The notes under the pieces were generated by a model. It did no database searches. It saw only the letters and a program-made list of their open reading frames with translations, and was not told the origin of the DNA. From assembly GCA_964484485.1 (NCBI GenBank), contig CAZAGD010000231.1, positions 4,078 through 68,077 on the forward strand: a stretch of 64,000 nucleotides of DNA, written 5' to 3'. This document shows, in pieces, positions 49,587-61,724 of this stretch (position 1 is its first letter; each line of letters opens with the position of its first letter). A program made the translations under genes and the position numbers. The DNA comes from an uncultured Syntrophaceae bacterium (GTDB taxonomy: Bacteria; Desulfobacterota; SM23-61).

Positions 49587-50051
49587 TTAAATTCTACCCG
49601 TGGGTTCAGGAGGGGCTATTACTTCCGTTTTTTTCTTTTTTTCTTTCTCGCGTCTTCTCTCGGCCCGCCTCTTTTTCATGGCTTTCTGCTCTTCACCCAT
49701 GGAGATAATTTCTATAAGCGATAAAGGAGCACCATCTCCTGGACGGTTTCCCAGCTTTATGATGCGCGTATAACCCCCATTCTGCATTTGGAATCGAGGG
49801 GATATCTTCTCAAAAAGTTTGCGCACAATTTCTGGACTCCGCACTACCCGCAAGACCTGGCGCCGGGCATGTAGATCTCCTCTTTTCGCCAAAGTAATCA
49901 GTTTTTCTGCTAAAGGACGTAGCTCTTTGGCTTTGGCTTCGGTTGTTTTTATTCTTTCATGTTCAAACAGCGAGGTAACTAAATTGCGGAGCATAGCCCA
50001 TCTATGTTCAGTGGTCCTGCCCAACTTTCTACCAGCAATTCGGTGACGCAT
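49587..50051 (-). CDS. rplQ: 50S ribosomal protein L17 with Lys/Arg-rich C-terminal extension
   Basis: [24 protein letters not shown] matches the L17 N-terminus; ATG 50049-50051 with SD AGAGGG; the ORF-table start at 50111 would overlap rpoA. Confidence 0.9.
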   Translation of the reverse strand: MRHRIAGRKLGRTTEHRWAMLRNLVTSLFEHERIKTTEAKAKELRPLAEKLITLAKRGDLHARRQVLRVVRSPEIVRKLFEKISPRFQMQNGGYTRIIKLGNRPGDGAPLSLIEIISMGEEQKAMKKRRAERRREKEKKKKTEVIAPPEPTGRI

Positions 50052-50065
50052 CTTCTTTACCCTCT

Positions 50066-51073
50066 TTAGGCACTCTTTTCCTGTTTTTGTTGCAATTCCG
50101 GCGGAGGCCAATTTTCCAATTTCATGCCCAAACTTAAGCCCATTTCCGCTAAAATTTCTTTGATTTCATTCAGCGACTTGCGGCCAAAATTCTTGGTCTT
50201 CAACATCTCCGCTTCCGTTTTTTGCACTAAATCCCCAATATATTTAATGTTGGCATTTTTTAAACAATTTGCGGAACGAACGGAAAGTTCCAGCTCTTCC
50301 ACACTCTTGAAAAGATTTTCATTAAGTTTGGGCCTTTCCTCTGCCGGTTTAGGTTTGGGGACAACTTCTTCTTCGTTGAAATTTATAAACACACTCACCT
50401 GATCTTTAAGAATCTTAGCGGCATAAGCTAAAGCATCAGCCGGAGCTATACCCCCGTTGGTCCAAATTTCCATCGTCAAGCGGTCATAATCAGTAATCTG
50501 GCCCACGCGCGTATGCGTTACCATATAATTCACCTTGCGAATAGGCGAGAAAATAGCATCAATCGGAATAGTTCCTAGGGGAGCTTCCTCATCGCGGTTC
50601 CGCTCGGCCGGAACATATCCTCTACCCCATTTAACCACCATCTCCATTTCTAATTCCCCATCGTTCGAGAGCGTAGCAATAGGATGTTCCGGGTTCAAAA
50701 TTTCTACATGGGGATTAGGTTTTATATCTTGGGCCCTTACTACTCCAGGTTTATTCGCTTTTAAGTAGAGGGTCTCTGGCCCATCACCATGCAATTTCAC
50801 TAAAATTTCTTTTAAATTTAAGATAATTTCCGTCACATCCTCCCGCACTCCTGGAATCGTGGAAAACTCATGGAGCACACCTTTGATGCGCACAGCCGTT
50901 ATGGCTGCCCCTTGCAAAGAAGAAAGCAGAATGCGGCGTAAAGAATTGCCGATGGTAATACCAAAACCCCGCTCCAGCGGCTCTACGTGAAACCGACCAT
51001 AAGTAGAACTAAGTGTTTCTTGGTCGGCTTCTACAGCCTTGGGTTTAATTAATGATTGCCAATTTTTATACAT
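50066..51073 (-). CDS. rpoA: DNA-directed RNA polymerase alpha subunit
   Basis: N-terminal domain and C-terminal alpha-CTD ([15 protein letters not shown]) motifs. Confidence 0.95.
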   Translation of the reverse strand: MYKNWQSLIKPKAVEADQETLSSTYGRFHVEPLERGFGITIGNSLRRILLSSLQGAAITAVRIKGVLHEFSTIPGVREDVTEIILNLKEILVKLHGDGPETLYLKANKPGVVRAQDIKPNPHVEILNPEHPIATLSNDGELEMEMVVKWGRGYVPAERNRDEEAPLGTIPIDAIFSPIRKVNYMVTHTRVGQITDYDRLTMEIWTNGGIAPADALAYAAKILKDQVSVFINFNEEEVVPKPKPAEERPKLNENLFKSVEELELSVRSANCLKNANIKYIGDLVQKTEAEMLKTKNFGRKSLNEIKEILAEMGLSLGMKLENWPPPELQQKQEKSA

Positions 51074-51115
51074 AATGGATACTCCTTGATCGGGAATTCC
51101 GGCCCGAAAAGCCTT

Positions 51116-51742
51116 TTATTTTGAATAAAACTCCACAATTAATTGTTCCTTAATGGGCATAGTTATGTCTTCTCTTTGGGGCAAAGCCAAAATTCGTCCC
51201 CGAAAGTTTTCCCGATCCAGCTCCAACCAAGAGGGAATCCCTCGGCGCGCTACGCCTTCCAGGGCATCAATGATCCTGGGATTGGTTCGGCTTTTTTCTC
51301 GTAATTCGATCACGTCGCCAATTTTTACTAAATAAGAAGGAATATTTACTTTCCGGCCACTTATCAAAAAGTGGCCATGCTGGACAAGTTGTCGCGCTTC
51401 GCGACGGGAATGAGCAAATCCTAAGCGATAGACCATATTGTCTAAGCGTCTTTCCAGAAGAACTAATAGGTTTGTTCCCGTAATCCCCTTTTGTTTTTCG
51501 GCCCGCTCAAAAAAGTTGCGAAATTGTTTCTCCGTCAACCCATACATCCGCTTCACTTTCTGTTTTTCTCTTAGCTGCTGCCCGTAACTAGAAAACTTGG
51601 GCCGACTTTGACCATGTTGACCGGGCGCATAGCTGCGTCTTTCCAAAGCGCATTTATCAGAATAACAGCGGTCGCCTTTTAGATAAAGCTTTAAATTTTC
51701 CCGTCGGCATAAGCGGCAAACAGATTCGGTATATCTGGCCAA
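51116..51742 (-). CDS. rpsD: 30S ribosomal protein S4 (with Zn-ribbon)
   Basis: [26 protein letters not shown]. Confidence 0.95.
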   Translation of the reverse strand: MARYTESVCRLCRRENLKLYLKGDRCYSDKCALERRSYAPGQHGQSRPKFSSYGQQLREKQKVKRMYGLTEKQFRNFFERAEKQKGITGTNLLVLLERRLDNMVYRLGFAHSRREARQLVQHGHFLISGRKVNIPSYLVKIGDVIELREKSRTNPRIIDALEGVARRGIPSWLELDRENFRGRILALPQREDITMPIKEQLIVEFYSK

Positions 51743-51779
51743 CTTGCTCCTCCTCTCTTTTTACTCCTCGTTCTTAGGT

Positions 51780-52172
51780 TTATACCCGCCGCCTTTTGGG
51801 TGGGCGACAACCATTGTGAGGTATAGGGGTGACGTCCCGGATAAGATCAATCCGCAACCCCGCCGCCTGGAGAGATCTAAGGGCGGCTTCTCTTCCAGCG
51901 CCCGGCCCTTTTATGTAAACTTCAATACTTTTCATTCCCTGCTCCATGGCTTTTTTAGCAGCCTGCTCGGCGGCCAATTGGGCAGCAAAGGGAGTACTTT
52001 TCCTGGAACCTTTAAAACCCACGCTCCCCGCGCTCGCCCAAGTGATAACATTACCGTTGGCATCAGTAATTGTTACAATCGTATTATTAAAAGTAGATTG
52101 AATATGCGCGATTCCATGAGGAATATTGCGTTTTTCTTTTTTCCTTCCTCCGGTGCTTTTTTCCGGTGCCAT
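51780..52172 (-). CDS. rpsK: 30S ribosomal protein S11
   Basis: [18 protein letters not shown]. Confidence 0.95.
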   Translation of the reverse strand: MAPEKSTGGRKKEKRNIPHGIAHIQSTFNNTIVTITDANGNVITWASAGSVGFKGSRKSTPFAAQLAAEQAAKKAMEQGMKSIEVYIKGPGAGREAALRSLQAAGLRIDLIRDVTPIPHNGCRPPKRRRV

Positions 52173-52181
52173 TCTTCCTCC

Positions 52182-52553
52182 TTACTTCTTGCGGCCCCCA
52201 ATCGGGCGCCGGGGCCCTTTGCGCGTGCGGGCATTGGTGTGCGTGCGCTGCCCCCGCACAGGCAGAGAACGACGATGCCTCAGGCCACGGTAGGTACCCA
52301 GATCCATCAGTCTCTTTATATTCATGGAGACTTCTCGCCGCAAATCTCCCTCGATCTTCAAATTACTTTGATCTATAGCCTCCCTAATTTTGGCTATTTC
52401 CGCATCCGTTAATTCGTCCGTTTTCCGCTGGCCATTAACCTGAGCCATCTCTAAAATCTTCCGGGCGGTAGACCTGCCAATACCATGAATATACGTTAAA
52501 GCAATCTCTATATTTTTGTTACGGGGAAGATCAATACCAGCAATACGAGCCAA
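52182..52553 (-). CDS. rpsM: 30S ribosomal protein S13
   Basis: [26 protein letters not shown]. Confidence 0.95.
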   Translation of the reverse strand: MARIAGIDLPRNKNIEIALTYIHGIGRSTARKILEMAQVNGQRKTDELTDAEIAKIREAIDQSNLKIEGDLRREVSMNIKRLMDLGTYRGLRHRRSLPVRGQRTHTNARTRKGPRRPIGGRKK

Positions 52554-52575
52554 TTTTTACCTCCTTCAGGCCTTT

Positions 52576-52689
52576 TCACCCCTGCCTTTGTTTATGGCGG
52601 GCGTTTTGGCAAATTACTCTGATAACGCCTTTCCTCTTAATGATTTTACATTTATCGCAGATTTTTTTAACTGAAGCTCTCACTTTCAT
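52576..52689 (-). CDS. rpmJ: 50S ribosomal protein L36
   Basis: Reverse-strand translation [37 protein letters not shown]; not in the ORF table (37 aa). Confidence 0.9.
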   Translation of the reverse strand: MKVRASVKKICDKCKIIKRKGVIRVICQNARHKQRQG

Positions 52690-52767
52690 GGAATTACCTC
52701 GGCGTGCAATAATTTTTTCCTTTTTATTTCATCCCTATCCCTGGTTTGTTCTTGATTCATCCCTGAC

Positions 52768-53034
52768 TCAGCCTCGGCTTTTCTTTATCCGTGGCCCAGC
52801 ACTCGGCGCTTCCCCCTCTTTTTCTCTATAGATTATTCTGCCTCGGTTTAGATCATAAGGTGAAAGCTCTACGGTCACTTTATCCCCGGGTAATATTTTG
52901 ATGAAATGCATGCGCATTTTGCCCGAGATGTGCGCCAATACGCGATGCCCGTTCTCTAACTCTACGCGAAACATGGCATTGGGCAGAGTTTCGACGACTG
53001 TTCCGGTTACTTCTATGGCGTCTTCTTTGGGCAT
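52768..53034 (-). CDS. infA: Translation initiation factor IF-1 with roughly 16 aa C-terminal extension
   Basis: [41 protein letters not shown]; 88 aa versus about 72 typical. Confidence 0.9.
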   Translation of the reverse strand: MPKEDAIEVTGTVVETLPNAMFRVELENGHRVLAHISGKMRMHFIKILPGDKVTVELSPYDLNRGRIIYREKEGEAPSAGPRIKKSRG

Positions 53035-53083
53035 CTTTTCTCTTCTCCATTATGGCCTATTTCCGGGCTCATCTTACTTACCT

Positions 53084-53863
53084 TCAAATCTTACTCAAAA
53101 TGTCTGGTCCATTCTCGGTTATAGCCACCGAGTGTTCAAAATGGGCAGAAAGACTTCTATCTTTAGTAACGGCTGTCCATCCATCCTCTAAGATTTCTAC
53201 TTCGTGCCCCCCGGCATTGATCATAGGTTCAATAGCTAGAGTCATCCCCGGGCGCAACCTTATTCCCCGTCCGGGCAGGCCAAAGTTCGGGACTTGTGGT
53301 TTCTCGTGCAGATGCTTTCCAATGCCATGGCCCACGAAATCACGTACTACCGAAAAACCTTGGCTCTCCACATAACGTTGAATAGCTGCCGAAATATCTT
53401 GCAAACGATTTTCCGGACGAGCCTGCTCAATAGCTAAATAAAGGGCTTCTTCAGCCACCCGCATTAATCTAGCGGCCTCGGGCGAAACCTGGCCCACGGG
53501 CAAGGTAATGGCTGCATCACCATAAAACTCATCATAGATAACCCCAAAATCTAAACTCAGAATATCACCTTCTTTTAGGACTCGCTCAGATGGTATACCA
53601 TGGACAATTTCTTCATTCACGGAAGTACACAACGCCGCGGGAAAGCCATTATAACCCTTGAAAGCCGGTTTGGCTTTTTTCTTGGCTAAAAGTTCTTCCG
53701 CCAATTCTTCCAAATCCCGCGTGGTAATTCCCGGCCGGACCGCTTCTTTAATTTCGGCCAAAATTTCCGCCACAATTTGATTACTTCGGCGCATTTTTTC
53801 TATTTCCTGGGGCGATTTGAGTATTATCCTCTCTTCCTCAGCTGACAAATAAAAAAGGCTCAT
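53084..53863 (-). CDS. map: Methionine aminopeptidase type I
   Basis: Pita-bread fold motifs (HGIGKHLHE, metal-ligand residues). Confidence 0.9.
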   Translation of the reverse strand: MSLFYLSAEEERIILKSPQEIEKMRRSNQIVAEILAEIKEAVRPGITTRDLEELAEELLAKKKAKPAFKGYNGFPAALCTSVNEEIVHGIPSERVLKEGDILSLDFGVIYDEFYGDAAITLPVGQVSPEAARLMRVAEEALYLAIEQARPENRLQDISAAIQRYVESQGFSVVRDFVGHGIGKHLHEKPQVPNFGLPGRGIRLRPGMTLAIEPMINAGGHEVEILEDGWTAVTKDRSLSAHFEHSVAITENGPDILSKI

Positions 53864-53866
53864 CCG

Positions 53867-55174
53867 CTACCTTCTTCCTTTTATCCGCCCCCGTTTCATG
53901 AATCCTTCATAATGACGCATTAACATATGCGATTCAATCTGCCCTACCGTATCCAAAGCAACACCGACCACAATCAATAGGGCCGTCCCGCCAAAATAAA
54001 AAGGGACATGAAATTTAGTAATTAAAATGGAAGGCAGTACACAGACGGCAGAAACATAAATGGCTCCGCTAAAAGTGATCCGGGTAAGCACCCGATCCAC
54101 AAACTCGGCCGTTTTTTTACCAGGCCTAATTCCCGGAATATAACCACCGTACTTGCGCATATTATCAGCCACATCTGTGGGATTAAAAGTCACGGCCGTA
54201 TAAAAATAGCAAAAGAAGAAGATAAACCCAACATATAGGAGCTCATAAACTAACGACCCTGGCTCCAATTGGTTAGCCACTGCTTTCATCCACGGATGTT
54301 CCATAAAATTAGCAATGGTAGCAGGAAACATGATAATCGAAGAGGCAAAAATCGGCGGAATAACACCAGCGGTGTTAATCTTTAAAGGCAAATGGGTGCT
54401 TTGACCGCCGTACATTTTGCGACCGACAATCCGCTTAGCGTATTGGACGGGGATGCGTCTTTGCCCTCTTTCCACGTAGATGATGGCCCCCACTACGGCC
54501 ACCATGAAAACAATTAAAAATATAGTCACCAAAATACTTAACTCGCCAGTGCGGATGAGGCGAACACTATTGCTGATTGCCGTAGGCATCCGCGCGACGA
54601 TCCCCGCAAAAATTATTAAAGAAATGCCATTGCCGATCCCCCGTTCGGTAATCTGCTCCCCCAGCCACATGATGAAGGCTGTCCCCGCCGTGAGGGTGAT
54701 CATGGTCATGAAGCGAAATGCCCAGCCCGGCTCGGCGACAATTAATTCTCCGCCAGGCCCCGTCATTCTTTCCAAACCGATACTGATCCCAAACCCTTGG
54801 ATTAAACTTAGCAAAACTGTTCCATACCGGGTATACTGGGTGATCTTCTTCCTTCCCGCTTCCCCCTCCTTAGAAAGCCTCTCCAAGTGGGGGACAACAA
54901 CCGTAAGCAGCTGCAAGATAATCGAAGAACTGATGTAAGGCATGATCCCCAGGGCAAAAACTGAAAGACGTTCGAAAGCTCCCCCGGAAAACATGTCTAT
55001 AAAGCTAAAAAGCGTGCCTTTGGCTTGGGCAAAGAAGGCAGCTAAAGCAGTAGCATCGATTCCGGGTGTGGGAACATGCACGCCAATCCGATAAACAGCC
55101 AACAAGGCTAAAGTAACTAATATCCTGCGCTTCAGCTCCGGTATTTTGGGAATATTCTGAAACCCCTGAAGCAC
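53867..55174 (-). CDS. secY: Preprotein translocase SecY
   Basis: 10-TM profile, [16 protein letters not shown]-terminus. Confidence 0.95.
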   Translation of the reverse strand: MLQGFQNIPKIPELKRRILVTLALLAVYRIGVHVPTPGIDATALAAFFAQAKGTLFSFIDMFSGGAFERLSVFALGIMPYISSSIILQLLTVVVPHLERLSKEGEAGRKKITQYTRYGTVLLSLIQGFGISIGLERMTGPGGELIVAEPGWAFRFMTMITLTAGTAFIMWLGEQITERGIGNGISLIIFAGIVARMPTAISNSVRLIRTGELSILVTIFLIVFMVAVVGAIIYVERGQRRIPVQYAKRIVGRKMYGGQSTHLPLKINTAGVIPPIFASSIIMFPATIANFMEHPWMKAVANQLEPGSLVYELLYVGFIFFFCYFYTAVTFNPTDVADNMRKYGGYIPGIRPGKKTAEFVDRVLTRITFSGAIYVSAVCVLPSILITKFHVPFYFGGTALLIVVGVALDTVGQIESHMLMRHYEGFMKRGRIKGRR

Positions 55175-55177
55175 GCT

Positions 55178-55618
55178 TTAAATAACCTCCGCTTTTCCGC
55201 CGACCGCCTCGATCTTACTTTTGGCTGCCAGACTGAATTGATGAGCCTTGATTGTCAAAGGAAAATTTAAAGAACCATCGCCCAATATCTTAACCTTTTC
55301 TTCTCCTTTTTTGATCAGTCCCGATTCTTTGAGCAAGGCCGGGTCGACTACCGACCCCGCGGGGAATCGATTTAAATCTTTGAGGTTTACTATTTGCCAT
55401 TCTTGACGGAATGGGTTAAAAAACCCCCGCTTGGGTAAACGGCGTTGTAAAGGCATCTGGCCACCCTCAAATCCGCGCGAGCTTTTTCCTCCGGCCCGAG
55501 CCCTATGCCCTTTATGCCCCCGGGTAGCAGTGCCTCCATGCCCAGAGCCATCTCCCCGTCCTACTCTCTTTTTTTTCTTTCTTGATCCTGCTGGCGGCTT
55601 TAACGCATTGAGTTCCAT
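55178..55618 (-). CDS. rplO: 50S ribosomal protein L15
   Basis: KRVGRGDGSGHGGTATRGHKG. Confidence 0.95.
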   Translation of the reverse strand: MELNALKPPAGSRKKKKRVGRGDGSGHGGTATRGHKGHRARAGGKSSRGFEGGQMPLQRRLPKRGFFNPFRQEWQIVNLKDLNRFPAGSVVDPALLKESGLIKKGEEKVKILGDGSLNFPLTIKAHQFSLAAKSKIEAVGGKAEVI

Positions 55619-55629
55619 ATGCCCAACCT

Positions 55630-55815
55630 CTAAACTTCTTCCACTTTGACCAAATGGCTAACTTTTTTAATCATTCCCCGAATAGCTGGAGTGTCTGGTA
55701 AACGCACAGAGCGGTGCATTTTGGTCAGTCCCAACCCGCGCAAAGTCCTCCTCTGCGTTTCGGGCTGACTAATTTCACTCCTAATTAGAGTTACTTGGAT
55801 CATTTTTTCTCCCAT
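55630..55815 (-). CDS. rpmD: 50S ribosomal protein L30
   Basis: [25 protein letters not shown]. Confidence 0.9.
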   Translation of the reverse strand: MGEKMIQVTLIRSEISQPETQRRTLRGLGLTKMHRSVRLPDTPAIRGMIKKVSHLVKVEEV

Positions 55816-55864
55816 TTTATTCCACCTAAAGCAGTTTAGGATTATTTCTTAAAGCTCTTCCCTT

Positions 55865-56362
55865 TTAGGTTACCTCAGGGACTACTTTCCCTCTTTTGGT
55901 CGCCGCTTCTTCCGGAGTCTTGAGCTGGCGCAATCCATGGATAGTGGCTTTAATTATGTTATGGGGATTACGCGAACCAAAACACTTGGTGAGGATATTT
56001 TGTACTCCCGCTGATTCTAAGACAGCCCGTACAGCACCGCCGGCTATTACTCCAGTGCCCTCGGAAGCTGGTTTTAAGAGCACGCGGGAGGCCCCGTATT
56101 CACCCACTACTTCGTAAGGTATCGTACCCTTGGTGATAGGAACGGCGATCAAGTTCTTTTTAGCTTGCTCTATGGCTTTGCGAATAGCTTCCGGAACTTC
56201 CCGAGCTTTGCCCAATCCAAACCCTACGATTCCCTGGCCATTGCCGACGACCACCAGAGCGCTAAAGCTAAATCTCTTTCCCCCTTTTACTACTTTGGCC
56301 ACCCGATTTATGTGGGCAACTCGGTCGACCAGTTCCAATTCTTCGGGATTAATTTGAGCCAA
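55865..56362 (-). CDS. rpsE: 30S ribosomal protein S5
   Basis: [25 protein letters not shown]. Confidence 0.95.
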   Translation of the reverse strand: MAQINPEELELVDRVAHINRVAKVVKGGKRFSFSALVVVGNGQGIVGFGLGKAREVPEAIRKAIEQAKKNLIAVPITKGTIPYEVVGEYGASRVLLKPASEGTGVIAGGAVRAVLESAGVQNILTKCFGSRNPHNIIKATIHGLRQLKTPEEAATKRGKVVPEVT

Positions 56363-56463
56363 TGAATTACCTCCGTTTAAATAACTTTCCTCTCCTGCGT
56401 CCTTAATTTAAATTGGCTTAATCTCTTTAAAAAGCTCAAACCTCTTCTGGGGCAGGATTTTTA

Positions 56464-56829
56464 TTAAAAACTCAACCCTTTTTCTCGTGCTGCTTCTGCT
56501 AAAGCTTTTACCCGCCCGTGGTATAAAAAACCATTGCGGTCAAATACCACTTTCTGGATATTTAGAGCTAAAGCTTTCTCGGCAATTAGAGCCCCCACTT
56601 TTTTAGCTATTTCTATCTTGCCTTTACCTCGTTCAACTTCCCGCAGTTCCGGACTTAGCGTAGAGGCAGCCGCTAAAGTATGTCCCCGGCTATCATCGAT
56701 TAATTGGGCATAAATATGCCGGGCGCTTCGGAATACGCACAACCGAGGACGCTCTGGAGTCCCCCTTACCTTGTCTTTATATCGCAATTTTCTTCTTTGG
56801 CGCGCAATCTCTTTTTCTTTTCTCAGCAC
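56464..56829 (-). CDS. rplR: 50S ribosomal protein L18
   Basis: [20 protein letters not shown]. Confidence 0.95.
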   Translation of the reverse strand: MLRKEKEIARQRRKLRYKDKVRGTPERPRLCVFRSARHIYAQLIDDSRGHTLAAASTLSPELREVERGKGKIEIAKKVGALIAEKALALNIQKVVFDRNGFLYHGRVKALAEAAREKGLSF

Positions 56830-56846
56830 TTTTCTTCCCTTGTTAA

Positions 56847-57386
56847 TTATCCCACCGCCGTTTTACCAGCTTTGCGATGGATAATTTCTTCAGCATATTT
56901 AATCCCCTTACCCCCATATGGTTCGGGGGGGCGAAGACTGCGAATCTCCGCGGCCGTTAATCCTAATAGATGTTTATCTATTCCTCGCAACGTTAATTTG
57001 GTTTGTTTATCCACTTCCGCTTTAATTCCTTCCGGCAAAGGGAAACGAATAGGATGGGAATATCCTAAGCTGAAATTAAGCACATTCCCTTGAAGTTCAA
57101 CGCGATAGCCCACCCCATTAATCTCCAAAACCCGTTCAAAACCTTGACTCACCCCTTTAATCATATTGGCAATCAAAGTTCGTGTAAGCCCCTGTAAGGC
57201 TTTTCCTCTTTTGGGGTTCGCAGGTTGATGGACGACAATCTGGTCTTTCTCTAAAGTTACCGCCACACCTTCGGGAATTTTTTGCGCAAGGCTCCCTTTG
57301 GGGCCGGAAATCTTTAAAATAGGAAGCTCCAGCTCCACTTTTATACCCTTGGGAACAGGTATTGGTTTTCTGCCTATACGTGACAT
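56847..57386 (-). CDS. rplF: 50S ribosomal protein L6
   Basis: [17 protein letters not shown] start (ATG 57384-57386, SD AAGGAG); ORF-table start 57413 is 9 codons upstream. Confidence 0.9.
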   Translation of the reverse strand: MSRIGRKPIPVPKGIKVELELPILKISGPKGSLAQKIPEGVAVTLEKDQIVVHQPANPKRGKALQGLTRTLIANMIKGVSQGFERVLEINGVGYRVELQGNVLNFSLGYSHPIRFPLPEGIKAEVDKQTKLTLRGIDKHLLGLTAAEIRSLRPPEPYGGKGIKYAEEIIHRKAGKTAVG

Positions 57387-57406
57387 ATCTTTCTCCTTAA
57401 AGCTCC

Positions 57407-57808
57407 TTACCACACCTCACAGAGTAATTCTCCACCCACATTTAACTTACGGGCCTCTTTATCTGTGAGCACCCCTTTGGAGGTAGAAAGAATTGCCGTA
57501 CCCAATCCCCGGAGCACTTGGGGAATCTCCTCTTTTTTCACGTAGCACCTTAAGCCTGGTCGGCTAATCGTCTTTAACCCGGTAATCACCGGATTCTTCC
57601 GGTCTCCTTCGTACTTTAAATATATTCTTAAAATTCCTTGACGGCCATCTTTGATCAATTTGTAATTTTTAATATATCCCTCTTCTTTCAAAATCCGCGC
57701 AATCTGGGCTTTTAAATTGGAAGCGGGTACATCCACTTTCTCATGCTTCGCTTTATTCGCGTTTCTTATGCGGGTCAGCATATCAGCTAAGGGGTCTGTC
57801 ATTACCAT
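57407..57808 (-). CDS. rpsH: 30S ribosomal protein S8
   Basis: [16 protein letters not shown]. Confidence 0.95.
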   Translation of the reverse strand: MVMTDPLADMLTRIRNANKAKHEKVDVPASNLKAQIARILKEEGYIKNYKLIKDGRQGILRIYLKYEGDRKNPVITGLKTISRPGLRCYVKKEEIPQVLRGLGTAILSTSKGVLTDKEARKLNVGGELLCEVW

Positions 57809-57832
57809 GCCTTTCCTCCCCGATTAATTTCC

Positions 57833-58018
57833 CTACCAGCTTGATTTAATCACTCCCGGAATCTCTCCCCGGGAAGCTAAATTGCGGAGGCAAATCCGAC
57901 ACAGATCGAACTTGCGATAGTACCCTCTGGCCCGGCCACATAAAGGGCAACGGTGGTGAGCGCGCACTCTAAATTTTGGCTTTTTCTTAGCTTTAACTAT
58001 TAAGGCAGTTCTGGCCAC
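57833..58018 (-). CDS. rpsN: 30S ribosomal protein S14, type Z (zinc-binding)
   Basis: 61 aa with CPLCGR...CRIC zinc motif. Confidence 0.95.
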   Translation of the reverse strand: MARTALIVKAKKKPKFRVRAHHRCPLCGRARGYYRKFDLCRICLRNLASRGEIPGVIKSSW

Positions 58019-58062
58019 TACTCATCCTTTCTTTTTAAGCGTTGATCCTTCATCGATTTTTA

Positions 58063-58602
58063 TTAGCTCCTAAAGGGCATACCTAAAAGTTGCAGTAATT
58101 CTTTCCCTTCTTCGTCAGTTTTGGCCGTCGTCACAATGGAAACGTTCAAACCTTTTACTTTATCTATCTTATCAAAATTTATTTCTGGAAAGATGATCTG
58201 TTCGCGAATGCCTAAAGTATAATTGCCTCGGCCATCAAAAGCCTTAGGCGAAACCCCCCGGAAATCCCTAACTCGCGGCAAAGCCACGTTTACCAACTTA
58301 TCGAAGAATTCATACATGCGATTTCGGCGCAGAGTAACCATAACGCCAATAGGCATACCCTCGCGCAATTTGAAGGCCGCGATCGACCTCTTGGCCTTGG
58401 TGACCACGGCGCGCTGGCCCGCAATAAGCGTCAATTCTTCTACGGCGGCATCCAAGATTTTAATATTTTGAATGGCCTCTCCCAAACCCATGTTTAGGGT
58501 GATTTTTTCCAGCCGGGGTACTTCCATCACATTGCGATAGCCAAATTTCTTCATCAATTGCGGGATAACTTCTTTAATATAAATTTCTTTTAGCCTAGTC
58601 AT
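58063..58602 (-). CDS. rplE: 50S ribosomal protein L5
   Basis: [22 protein letters not shown]; ATG 58600-58602 has the better SD (GAAGAGG); an upstream ATG at 58620 is also possible. Confidence 0.9.
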   Translation of the reverse strand: MTRLKEIYIKEVIPQLMKKFGYRNVMEVPRLEKITLNMGLGEAIQNIKILDAAVEELTLIAGQRAVVTKAKRSIAAFKLREGMPIGVMVTLRRNRMYEFFDKLVNVALPRVRDFRGVSPKAFDGRGNYTLGIREQIIFPEINFDKIDKVKGLNVSIVTTAKTDEEGKELLQLLGMPFRS

Positions 58603-58616
58603 GCTCGCTTGCCTCT

Positions 58617-58949
58617 TCATGTTCTTTCAATTATCTCCCCGCATTTTTTGCAAACTAAAACTTTTTTCCCATCTTCCAGTAGCTTCCTTCCCGTGCGTAC
58701 GCCCTTATTACACTTTGGGCACAAAAGTAAAACGTTGGAAATATGGAGGGGGGCTTCTTTTTGAATAATGCCCCCTTGCCGGAGGCGTCCCGTTGGGCGC
58801 GTATGCCTTTTTATGAAATTAACCTTCTCCACTACTACCCGGTTCTTTTTGGGCAGAACTTTAAGCACCTTTCCTGTCTTACCCTTTTCTTTCCCCGCGA
58901 TGACCATAACCATATCGTTTTTGCGCACGTGAAAATTCATGAACTTCAT
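58617..58949 (-). CDS. rplX: 50S ribosomal protein L24
   Basis: [25 protein letters not shown] motif; start chosen downstream of the rplN stop (58976). Confidence 0.9.
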   Translation of the reverse strand: MKFMNFHVRKNDMVMVIAGKEKGKTGKVLKVLPKKNRVVVEKVNFIKRHTRPTGRLRQGGIIQKEAPLHISNVLLLCPKCNKGVRTGRKLLEDGKKVLVCKKCGEIIERT

Positions 58950-58975
58950 AATTGGTTTACCTCGTTCTTCTATCT

Positions 58976-59344
58976 TCACAGAACTTCCGGGGCTAAAGAG
59001 ATTATCTTCATAAACTTTTTAGCTCGCAATTCTCTGGCGACTGGGCCAAAGATGCGGGTCCCGATAGGATCATTTTGGGGGTTAATTAATACGGCAGAAT
59101 TATCATCAAATTTGATGTAACTGCCATCACTTCTTCTTACCTCTTTGACCGTGCGCACTACCACGGCGCGCAGAACATCTCCCTTTTTCACTTTCGAATT
59201 AGGGATGGCCTCTTTTACCGAGACGACGATGATATCCCCCAAGCTGGCATATTTACGCTTGGTGCCCCCTAAAACTTTTATACAAGCCAGCTTTTTAGCT
59301 CCCGAATTATCCGCTGCTTCTAAAATAGTCTGCATTTGAATCAT
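58976..59344 (-). CDS. rplN: 50S ribosomal protein L14
   Basis: [27 protein letters not shown]. Confidence 0.95.
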   Translation of the reverse strand: MIQMQTILEAADNSGAKKLACIKVLGGTKRKYASLGDIIVVSVKEAIPNSKVKKGDVLRAVVVRTVKEVRRSDGSYIKFDDNSAVLINPQNDPIGTRIFGPVARELRAKKFMKIISLAPEVL

Positions 59345-59434
59345 AGCCAATACCTTGCTTCCACTTAATCAGGATTTCCGTCCAACGGAAAATCCTTACT
59401 GGTTACCATTAACCTCGTATCATTTTTCCCTGCC

Positions 59435-59701
59435 TTACTGGGCTCTTTCTAAAATTTCTTTTACCCGCCAGCGTTTTTCTTTACTCAACGGTCTGGTTTC
59501 AATCAACAGTACTCGATCCCCCACCCGGCATTCATTCTTTTCATCATGAGCTTTATAACGAGCGCGACGGCGGGTATATTTTTGGTATAAAGGATGCTTG
59601 ACCAACCTTTGCACCAAGACCACCACTGTCTTGTCCATGCGGTCGCTAACTACTGTACCTACCATTGTTTTGCGAATTCCTCTTTTTTTCTCCATGCTCA
59701 A
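59435..59701 (-). CDS. rpsQ: 30S ribosomal protein S17
   Basis: [28 protein letters not shown]. Confidence 0.95.
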   Translation of the reverse strand: MSMEKKRGIRKTMVGTVVSDRMDKTVVVLVQRLVKHPLYQKYTRRRARYKAHDEKNECRVGDRVLLIETRPLSKEKRWRVKEILERAQ

Positions 59702-59705
59702 TTCC

Positions 59706-59912
59706 TCAGCCAGCTTTTTTAACAGCGAGCTCCCTTTCCCGTAAGATAGTTTTCACCCTAGCTAAATCCTTGCGGACTTGGGGTAATCGCTCTGTATTCT
59801 CTAATTGGCCAGTGGCGTGTTGAAATTTCAAGTTGAATAACTCAGCTGTTAAGTCTTGTTCTTTTTGGCGAAGTTCTTCCATGCTTAAATCTCTTAGTTC
59901 CCGCGCTTTCAC
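59706..59912 (-). CDS. rpmC: 50S ribosomal protein L29
   Basis: [21 protein letters not shown]. Confidence 0.9.
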   Translation of the reverse strand: MKARELRDLSMEELRQKEQDLTAELFNLKFQHATGQLENTERLPQVRKDLARVKTILRERELAVKKAG

Positions 59913-59914
59913 CC

Positions 59915-60325
59915 TTATCCCTCCCGGGAGATAAATTTAGTGGCCAACGGTAACTTATGGGCCGCCAGCCGGAAGGCATGCTTGGCCGTCTCCAGGTCCA
60001 CTCCTTCCATTTCATAAAGAATCCTTCCGGGTTTAATCACCGCTACCCAATCTTCTGGTGCACCTTTCCCTTTGCCCATTCTGGTCTCTGCTGGTTTTTT
60101 AGTAATCGGTTTATCCGGGAAAATACGAATCCAAATTTTTCCTCCCCGCTTAATATAACGCGTCATGGCCACTCGCGCCGCTTCAATCTGCCTGGTAGTT
60201 AACCAGCCACACTCCACCGCTTGCAGCGCATAATCACCAAAGTTAATTGCATTTCCCCGGGTTGCTTTGCCTTTTCTTCTTCCTTTTTGTTGTTTCCTAA
60301 ATTTTACTTTCTTCGGGGCCAGCAT
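59915..60325 (-). CDS. rplP: 50S ribosomal protein L16
   Basis: [24 protein letters not shown]. Confidence 0.95.
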   Translation of the reverse strand: MLAPKKVKFRKQQKGRRKGKATRGNAINFGDYALQAVECGWLTTRQIEAARVAMTRYIKRGGKIWIRIFPDKPITKKPAETRMGKGKGAPEDWVAVIKPGRILYEMEGVDLETAKHAFRLAAHKLPLATKFISREG

Positions 60326-60339
60326 ATTCTTTCATCTCC

Positions 60340-60996
60340 TCAGACTGTTTGTTCTTTCTTTCCCTTAGCAGCCGGCAGAACTTCTCCTTTATAGATCCAA
60401 ACTTTGACGCCAATAGTCCCATAGGTGGTCCGGGCTTCGGCAAATCCATAATCAATATCCGCCCTTAAAGTGTGCAAAGGAACGCGCCCCTCCCGGTACC
60501 ACTCTGACCGAGCAATTTCTGCTCCGCCCAGTCTCCCCGAGCACGCAATTTTTATTCCCTGAGCACCAAATTTCATGGAGCTGGTCACACTTTTTTTCAT
60601 CGCCCGGCGAAAGGCTATGCGCCTTTCCAATTGTAAAGCCACATTCTCGGCCACTAATTGGGCATCCAGTTCCACCCTTCTTACTTCTTGAATATTAATG
60701 GAGATTTCTCGTTGGGCCATCTTTTGAATTTCTTTCTGTAATTTCTCAATCTCCGCCCCTTTTTGTCCGATAATTATGCCCGGCCGCGCTGCCCGAATAG
60801 TAATCTTGGCTCGGTTCGCCGTCCGTTCAATTTCTACTTTAGAAATACCAGCATGATAAAGTTTTTCTTTGATGAAGCGCCGAATCTTAATGTCTTCCTG
60901 CAGAAATTTGGCATAATTCCTCTCCGCATACCAACGCGAGTCCCAAGTTTTAACTATCCCCAGGCGTAATCCTATAGGGTTTACCTTCTGACCCAA
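60340..60996 (-). CDS. rpsC: 30S ribosomal protein S3
   Basis: [24 protein letters not shown]. Confidence 0.95.
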   Translation of the reverse strand: MGQKVNPIGLRLGIVKTWDSRWYAERNYAKFLQEDIKIRRFIKEKLYHAGISKVEIERTANRAKITIRAARPGIIIGQKGAEIEKLQKEIQKMAQREISINIQEVRRVELDAQLVAENVALQLERRIAFRRAMKKSVTSSMKFGAQGIKIACSGRLGGAEIARSEWYREGRVPLHTLRADIDYGFAEARTTYGTIGVKVWIYKGEVLPAAKGKKEQTV

Positions 60997-61040
60997 CTTT
61001 TCTCCTCCTTCATTTAGAAAATCTCCCGTTTAAAATTTAT

Positions 61041-61373
61041 TTACGCTTCACTCAAAACCACTGTTAAATGGCAAGTCCTTTTCCGGATCCGGGCTGCCCG
61101 ACCCATGGCCCGCGCTCGGAAACGCTTCAAAGTAGGTCCTTGATCGACGAATATGGTTTTTACATAAAGGGTATCCACATCAATCGCTTTATTCTGCTGG
61201 GCATTGGCTAAGGCCGACCGAATTGCTTTGGCCACTAATTTTGCTCCTGCTTTCGTTGTGTGGGCTAATATATTTAAAGCCTCTTCCGCTTTTTTACCCC
61301 GCACTAAATCAGCACTCAATCTCACTTTCCGGGGGGACATGCGCAAATATCTGGCTACCGCACGTGCTTCCAT
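61041..61373 (-). CDS. rplV: 50S ribosomal protein L22
   Basis: [27 protein letters not shown]. Confidence 0.95.
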   Translation of the reverse strand: MEARAVARYLRMSPRKVRLSADLVRGKKAEEALNILAHTTKAGAKLVAKAIRSALANAQQNKAIDVDTLYVKTIFVDQGPTLKRFRARAMGRAARIRKRTCHLTVVLSEA

Positions 61374-61383
61374 ACTTCCTCCT

Positions 61384-61680
61384 TTAGGCGGCCTTCGGAG
61401 CTGCTTTTAGTTTAGTTTTTCTGTCTCCGGAGTGGCCAAAGAAAGTACGGGTGGGAGCGAATTCTCCTAATTTATGGCCCACCATATTTTCGGTAATAAA
61501 AACAGGAATAAACTTCTTGCCATTATGCACAGCAAAAGTAAGGCCCACCATTTCCGGAACAATGGTTGATCTCCGTGACCAAGTTTTTATTACTTTGCGA
61601 CTCTTGGTCTGGTTGGCCTCGGCCACTTTTTTCATTAAATTTGGATCAACATATGGTCCTTTACGAATCGATCGTCCCAC
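61384..61680 (-). CDS. rpsS: 30S ribosomal protein S19 (GTG start)
   Basis: [18 protein letters not shown]; GTG 61678-61680 preceded by SD GAGGTG at 6 nt; the ORF-table start is another GTG 9 nt upstream. Confidence 0.9.
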   Translation of the reverse strand: MGRSIRKGPYVDPNLMKKVAEANQTKSRKVIKTWSRRSTIVPEMVGLTFAVHNGKKFIPVFITENMVGHKLGEFAPTRTFFGHSGDRKTKLKAAPKAA

Positions 61681-61724
61681 AATTAGCACCTCATATCTTA
61701 AAAATGGTTCATACCCAGAAAAAC

